A stretch of 64,000 nucleotides of DNA, from contig OZ251992.1 in NCBI GenBank assembly GCA_965246885.1, positions 2,272,001 through 2,336,000 of the forward strand, read 5' to 3'. Of this stretch, positions 59,232 to 64,000 are shown piece after piece; within the stretch, counting starts at the first letter, position 1, and each line of letters begins with the position of its first letter. A program made the translations under genes and the position numbers. Under the pieces are notes generated by a model. It saw only the letters and a list, made by a program, of their open reading frames with translations, ran no database searches and was not told where the DNA came from. This DNA comes from Abditibacterium sp. (GTDB taxonomy: Bacteria > Armatimonadota > Abditibacteriia > Abditibacteriales > Abditibacteriaceae).

Positions 59232-59657
59232 TCAATTCCCGCTTTGGAGGCGTGCAATCGCGGCTAACTGCATGGAGTTCGGGTTCATCTCCATCAGCTC
59301 GATGCGGTTGCCTTCGGGGTCGTGCGTCCACGCTTGCTTGTTGCCGTCGGCGCCGGTTTGGACTTCGACATCTATCGGGGCGCCGCGTCCTTGGAGCAGG
59401 AAAACGGTGTGGTCTATGTTGGTGACTTCCAAACAGAGGTGCGAAAAGTGGCCATCGCGCGGGGTGGGCGGCTCGCCGACCTTGGGAAACAGTTCGAGAA
59501 ACGCCGTGTCGGAGATGCGGAGATAGACAATCCACACTTCGCCCTCATCGTTGCGCAGGCGGAACATTTCGGGAAATTCGAGGACGCGGGTGTAGAAGTC
59601 GAGGGTTGCTTCAAACTGGTAGGCGTCGAAGGCGACGTGGCCGATGGTTTTGATCAC
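59232..59657 (-). CDS. VOC/glyoxalase family protein; start reassigned to GTG 59657
   Basis: IGHVAF, DFYTRVL, FLELF, HLCLEV, DPEGNRIELM. Confidence 0.9.
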   Translation of the reverse strand: MIKTIGHVAFDAYQFEATLDFYTRVLEFPEMFRLRNDEGEVWIVYLRISDTAFLELFPKVGEPPTPRDGHFSHLCLEVTNIDHTVFLLQGRGAPIDVEVQTGADGNKQAWTHDPEGNRIELMEMNPNSMQLAAIARLQSGN

Positions 59658-59706
59658 GTTGTCAGTGTGCCCCGAAATGCGCCCCGCTTCCCAAACATCC
59701 CCGAAA

Positions 59707-60381
59707 ATGACCCCGCCAGCCCGCGCCTTTTGGGCCGCCGCGCGCGCCGTGTTTTGGAAGGATGTGCTGTCGGAGTGGCGCAGTCGCGCCGCGCTGGGAG
59801 CAGTCGCGCTGTTTTCCCTTTCGGCGCCGGTCGCGCTTGGGTTTTCGCTCGCGCAGCAACACTTGCCGCCCGAAGCGCAGGGGGCCTTGCTCTGGTCGGT
59901 GTTGTTTTTCGCGGCGTGCATCGGACTTCCGCGCGCCTTCGTCAAGGAGGAAGAAGCCGGGACGAGCGCGTTGTTGCGCTTGCACTTTGGGAGCGACGCG
60001 GTATTTTGGGGCAAGGCGGCGGGGCAGATGGCGCTGCTTTTGGTGACGCAGTTCGCGGCGGTGCCGGTGTTCGTGTTGCTGCTGGGCGCGCGGGTTCACA
60101 ACGCGCCGTTATTGCTCTTGACCCTGATGAGCGGCGACCTTGGCCTCGCGCTCTCGTCCACTCTTATCGGTGCGATGGCCGCGCAAGCGCGCGGGCGCGG
60201 CGCGCTGTTCCCGGCTTTGGCCGCGCCGATATTGTTACCGCTACTCGCCACACTGTCGGTTGCAACGGGCGCCGCGTTCGGCGCGCGCGTCGAAACTGGG
60301 GGCGCCTTGATGGTTGTTGGGGCGTTCGATTTGGCGCTCATCGGCGCGGGGGTGTTGGGGTTCGAGTTGGTTTGGAAGTAA
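59707..60381 (+). CDS. ccmB: Heme exporter protein B
   Basis: KDVLSEWRS, F-KEEEAGT-ALL, LFPALAAPILLPL; precedes ccmC. Confidence 0.85.
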   Translation: MTPPARAFWAAARAVFWKDVLSEWRSRAALGAVALFSLSAPVALGFSLAQQHLPPEAQGALLWSVLFFAACIGLPRAFVKEEEAGTSALLRLHFGSDAVFWGKAAGQMALLLVTQFAAVPVFVLLLGARVHNAPLLLLTLMSGDLGLALSSTLIGAMAAQARGRGALFPALAAPILLPLLATLSVATGAAFGARVETGGALMVVGAFDLALIGAGVLGFELVWK

Positions 60382-60387
60382 CGACTA

Positions 60388-61038
60388 ATGCTGAAATACA
60401 TCGCTTCCGCGTGGGTGTTGGTGGGGCTGCTGATTGCCTTGCTGATGCCGCGCGCGCAGAACTTACAAACGACGCCGATTGCGTTCTTTCACGTGCCGCT
60501 CGCCATTTCGATGCTGCTGCTCTTTCTGCTGGCGGCCATTTGGAGCGTGAAGTGGGCGTTTTTCGGGCGCCACGATGCCGATGATGCTCGCTCCCTCGCG
60601 TTCGCGGAGGTGGGCTTTGTCGCGGGGCTGATAGCGATGGCGACGGGAATGCTGTTCGCTAAAACGAACTGGGGAGCCTATTGGAGTTGGGATCCGCAGC
60701 AGGTCGGCGTGTTGGGCACGTTGCTCACTTACGCGGCGCTGTTCGCGTTGCGCGGCGCGACCGATGACGAAAACGCCAAGCGCCGCTTGTGGACGGTGTA
60801 TGCCGTGTTGGGCGTGATGGTCGCCTGCTTCGGCTCGTATGTCTACCGCCAAATTCTGCCCGCCAACACCAGCTTGCACCCCAACCAAACACTCACCCAC
60901 TCCGACCCGCTTTTCAAGTTCGCGCTGTGGTTCAACGTCGTCGGCTACGCCCTCCTCCTTATATGCGCGGCGAACGTGCGGGCGCGCTTAGAGATTGTCG
61001 CCAACCGTTTGGACGAGCGCGCATGGCGGGCGCGTTAA
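60388..61038 (+). CDS. ccmC: Heme exporter protein C (WWD domain)
   Basis: FFHVP, TG-LFAK-NWGAYWSWDP, SLHP. Confidence 0.85.
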   Translation: MLKYIASAWVLVGLLIALLMPRAQNLQTTPIAFFHVPLAISMLLLFLLAAIWSVKWAFFGRHDADDARSLAFAEVGFVAGLIAMATGMLFAKTNWGAYWSWDPQQVGVLGTLLTYAALFALRGATDDENAKRRLWTVYAVLGVMVACFGSYVYRQILPANTSLHPNQTLTHSDPLFKFALWFNVVGYALLLICAANVRARLEIVANRLDERAWRAR

Positions 61039-61054
61039 GGGCACACTTCCTCCC

Positions 61055-61234
61055 ATGACTTCCGATTCGCTGTTTGTGTTGGCCGTCTCGATTCTAACCC
61101 TCGGCGGCGTGTTCGCGTATTTGTTGCGCGTGGAAGCGCTCGCCAAACGCTTGGAAGTGCGAGCGCGAGACGAAGAGTTGCTCGACGCGCCCTCCGCTTC
61201 GCTTGCGTCGGTGGAAGACGCGCCGCGCCGATGA
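61055..61234 (+). CDS. CcmD-like small membrane protein
   Basis: Single TM plus YLLRVE and charged tail, directly after ccmC. Confidence 0.6.
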   Translation: MTSDSLFVLAVSILTLGGVFAYLLRVEALAKRLEVRARDEELLDAPSASLASVEDAPRR

Positions 61235-61842
61235 CTGTATTCCCCGTCGCGCTCACCCTCGAAGGTCGCCGCGTGTTGGTCGTTGGCGGCGGGAACGTCG
61301 CCGCGCGTAAAGTGGCCGCCCTCTTGGACGCGGGCGCCGATGTCACTGTCGTTGCGCCCGACCTCGCTCCCGGCTTCCCCGATGGCGTTCGGCATATCGC
61401 GCGCCTCTTTCAAGAGGCGGATTGTACCGGATTTCCAATCGTTTATGCCGCTACTGACAAGAGCGAGGTAAATATTCGCGTGCGGGACGACGCGCACTGT
61501 GTCGGCGCCTTAGTCAACGACGCCAGCGACCCCGACGCGAGCGACTTCCACACCCAAGCCGTCGTGCGACGCGGCGCGATTACCGTCGGCATCTCAACGG
61601 GCGGTCTGTCGCCGGTCGTGTCGGCGCACCTGAAAGGAGTTATCGAGGCCGCCATCGGGCCGGAGTGGGAGGAGTTACTCGCCCTCATCGCGGAGGTGGG
61701 CGAGCCGGAGGTGGCCGAGCGCGGCGCGTTCTGGCGGGCGGTGTTGGAAAGTGGGGCGCTCGAACTTCTGCGCGACGGGAAGCGAAAGGAAGCGCGGGAG
61801 AGACTACCATTAGCAAAGCCCGCGCTCCCGCCCGCGCGCTGA
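61231..61842 (+). CDS. Precorrin-2 dehydrogenase/sirohydrochlorin ferrochelatase (CysG N-terminal/SirC-like)
   Basis: VLVVGGGNVAARK, AATD, VNDASDP..DF, ISTGGLSP. Confidence 0.9.
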   Translation: MTVFPVALTLEGRRVLVVGGGNVAARKVAALLDAGADVTVVAPDLAPGFPDGVRHIARLFQEADCTGFPIVYAATDKSEVNIRVRDDAHCVGALVNDASDPDASDFHTQAVVRRGAITVGISTGGLSPVVSAHLKGVIEAAIGPEWEELLALIAEVGEPEVAERGAFWRAVLESGALELLRDGKRKEARERLPLAKPALPPAR

Positions 61843-61874
61843 TGGTCTGGAAAGCGCACACTTTCTCCGTTTCC

Positions 61875-63155
61875 ATGTCGCGTTTGCATCTGCTGGGGTT
61901 GAACCACAAAACCGCGCCCGTCGAAGTGCGCGAGCGGTTCGCCCTGCCCGCCGCGCGGCTCGAACACGCGCTCGGCTACGTGCGCGGCGTCGCGGGCGTG
62001 GAGGAAGCGGCGATTCTGGCGACGTGCAACCGCGTCGAGATATATCTTCGCGGCGACGAGGGGGCCGGAGAACGCACGCGGCGGGCGCTCAACGAGCCGC
62101 ACTCCTTCGGCGCCGGGGGCTTCGACCAGCACTTGTATCTCAAAGCCGACGAGGACGCGGCGCGGCACTTGTTTGAAGTGGCGAGCGGGCTGGACTCCCT
62201 CGTTCTGGGCGAAAGCGAGATTCTGGGGCAAGTCAAGACCGCCATCGCGCACGCCCGCGACAACGGGAGCGCGCGGCGCCACTTGGATGAACTCTTCCGC
62301 CGCGCCATTTCGTGCGGCAAGCGCGCCCGGAGTGAGACCGGCATCGGGCGCGGCGCGCAAAGCGTGGGCGCGGCGGCAGTGGAACTCGCCCGCCAAATCT
62401 TTGGCTCCCTCCAAGGGCAAACCGTCCTTATATTGGGCGCGGGTAAAATGTCCGAGCGCGTGGCGCAGTGCCTCGTTTCGAGCGGCGCCAAGCGCGTCTT
62501 AGTCGCCAACCGCACCTTTGAGCGCGCCGCACTTCTCGCGCAGGAGTGGAGCGACGACGGACTCAACACCGAAGCCATCAAGTGGGACGACTTCGCGCAC
62601 TACCTCGCGCAGGCCGACATCGTGATCGCCTCGACCCGCGCGCCGGGCTACGTTGTGACGCCCGCTCACGTCGCGCCCGCCATGAAGGGGCGCCGCAAGC
62701 CGCTCCTGCTTATAGACATCGCCGTGCCGCGCGACATCGACCCGGCCTGTTCACGCTTCGAGGACGCCTTTTGCTTCGACATAGACGACTTGCAGGGCGT
62801 CGTCGCGCAGGGTGCCCAAGCGCGGCAATCGGAAGTCGCGGGCGTCCATGCCATCATCGCCCAAGAATTAGCGGCGTGGGCCGAGTGGGAGCGCGCGAGC
62901 GGCGCTCAAAGCGCGCTTTCACGGCTCGCAGGGCACGCCAACGAGGTGCGCGACCGCGAGGTTGCCGCCGCCCTCGCCAAGTTGGAGCACCTCAGCCCCA
63001 AAGACCGCGCCGTTGTCGAAGGCCTCGCCCGCGCCGTCGCCGGGAAGCTGATGCACGCGCCGCTTGCGCACCTGCGAAGCGGCGGGCAGGACGACGCCGA
63101 AGCCCTGTTGCGCGCCTTTGGCTTGGGAGGTGAGGAAGCCAATGACTCGCTTTGA
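61875..63155 (+). CDS. hemA: Glutamyl-tRNA reductase (start 61875 or 61842)
   Basis: GLNHKTAPVEVRE, TCNRVE, SGLDSLVLGESEILGQ, GAGKM, DIAVPRDI. Confidence 0.95.
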   Translation: MSRLHLLGLNHKTAPVEVRERFALPAARLEHALGYVRGVAGVEEAAILATCNRVEIYLRGDEGAGERTRRALNEPHSFGAGGFDQHLYLKADEDAARHLFEVASGLDSLVLGESEILGQVKTAIAHARDNGSARRHLDELFRRAISCGKRARSETGIGRGAQSVGAAAVELARQIFGSLQGQTVLILGAGKMSERVAQCLVSSGAKRVLVANRTFERAALLAQEWSDDGLNTEAIKWDDFAHYLAQADIVIASTRAPGYVVTPAHVAPAMKGRRKPLLLIDIAVPRDIDPACSRFEDAFCFDIDDLQGVVAQGAQARQSEVAGVHAIIAQELAAWAEWERASGAQSALSRLAGHANEVRDREVAAALAKLEHLSPKDRAVVEGLARAVAGKLMHAPLAHLRSGGQDDAEALLRAFGLGGEEANDSL

Positions 63156-63951
63156 ATCTCCCCTGCTCGCCCTTGCCGCGACGTGCTACTTCGGCGCGAT
63201 GCTGCTCTTATGGGCGCACCTGTTCTTGCCGCGTCGCGACGACGACGCGCGCCGGAGCGCCAACTTTGGACGGGCGCTGTTATGGGCGGGGTCGCTCGCG
63301 CATCTCGGCTCTCTCGCTGGTCAGGGGCCGACCTTATTCGCGGTCAAGGCGGGCGTGGTCGGGCTGTTCGGATGGATTCTCATCGCCTCGTTTCTGCTCG
63401 TGGCGCGGCGCGTGGAAGCGGGGGTGGGGGCAGTCGTGGCGCCTTTGGCGCTGTTGGCCGCGCTGTATTCCCTCGCGGCGCCGCAACTGCACGCGTGGAC
63501 GCCGAGTAACCGCTTGGGCGCGCTGTGGCTGGTCGTCCATGTCTTCGTCCTTGTGTGCGCGTATGTGTCGCTCGCCTTCGCGGGCGCGGCCTCGCTCGTG
63601 TATTTGATTCAAGAGGCGCTCTTAAAGCGGCGCCAACTGTCGGGGCTATGGCAACGTTTGCCGTCGCTGCAAGTCGCGGACGAGTGGATTTATCGCGCGT
63701 CCGCGTTTGGACTGGCACTGCTCACGCTGGGATTGTTTACGGGCATCGCGTTCAACGGCGACGGATCGTATCAAGCGCTGCGCGATCCGAAGACAATCTT
63801 TTCTGGCCTGACGTGGGCGATTTTCGCGCTGTATCTGGGGGCGCGCTGGAAGTTGGGTTGGCACGGTCGCCGCTCGAATTTGTTCGTCATCTACGGCTTC
63901 TTGGTGATGGCGTTCTCGTTCTTTAGTGTGCCGCACCTCGTTTCTCCATGA
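63142..63951 (+). CDS. Cytochrome c assembly family membrane protein (CcsA/HemX/YpjD-like)
   Basis: About 8 TM segments; W-VVH, YLIQE..LK, LPSL, DPKT, GWHGRR. Confidence 0.8.
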   Translation: MTRFESPLLALAATCYFGAMLLLWAHLFLPRRDDDARRSANFGRALLWAGSLAHLGSLAGQGPTLFAVKAGVVGLFGWILIASFLLVARRVEAGVGAVVAPLALLAALYSLAAPQLHAWTPSNRLGALWLVVHVFVLVCAYVSLAFAGAASLVYLIQEALLKRRQLSGLWQRLPSLQVADEWIYRASAFGLALLTLGLFTGIAFNGDGSYQALRDPKTIFSGLTWAIFALYLGARWKLGWHGRRSNLFVIYGFLVMAFSFFSVPHLVSP

Positions 63952-64000
63952 ACTCCATCTCACTCGTCATGGGCACGCGCGGCAGCGCCTTGGCGTTGGC
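63948..64000 (+). CDS. hemC: Hydroxymethylbilane synthase, 5' end only (runs off the window)
   Basis: MNSISLVMGTRGSALAL matches the GTRxSxLA N-terminal motif; follows hemA. Confidence 0.8.
   Translation, partial: MNSISLVMGTRGSALAL

Overview
GC-rich bacterial chromosomal window. Two prepilin-type/H-X9-DG (DUF1559-like) genes and the general gene style suggest an Abditibacteriota/Armatimonadota-like organism (inference). The backbone is housekeeping: uvsE, birA, nadC, kptA, mutM, tsaD, folB, obgE, proB, nth, a DUF58-transglutaminase-MoxR operon, Anbu protease, a two-component pair, M32 carboxypeptidase, a 3112-aa cyclic beta-1,2-glucan synthase, and a ccmBCD-cysG(N)-hemA-ccsA-hemC operon. Three visibly lower-GC accessory loci encode exported proteins. 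One is a signal-peptide Rhs toxin with immunity gene, an orphan toxin/immunity module and a truncated fragment (37561-45037). The other two are distantly paralogous two-gene cassettes (18411-20996 and 55875-58783), each a large secreted beta-rich protein translationally coupled to a secreted TPR-like protein. Each of these three loci has a degenerate 21-nt-period tandem array just upstream, and a fourth array lies at 35251. The array plus secreted-cassette arrangement is the best candidate for an undescribed system. Several REP-like palindromes of three families and a recurrent leaderless-type -10 motif are also present. No rRNA, tRNA, CRISPR array, transposase or integrase was recognised. Family names are from motif recognition, not database searches.
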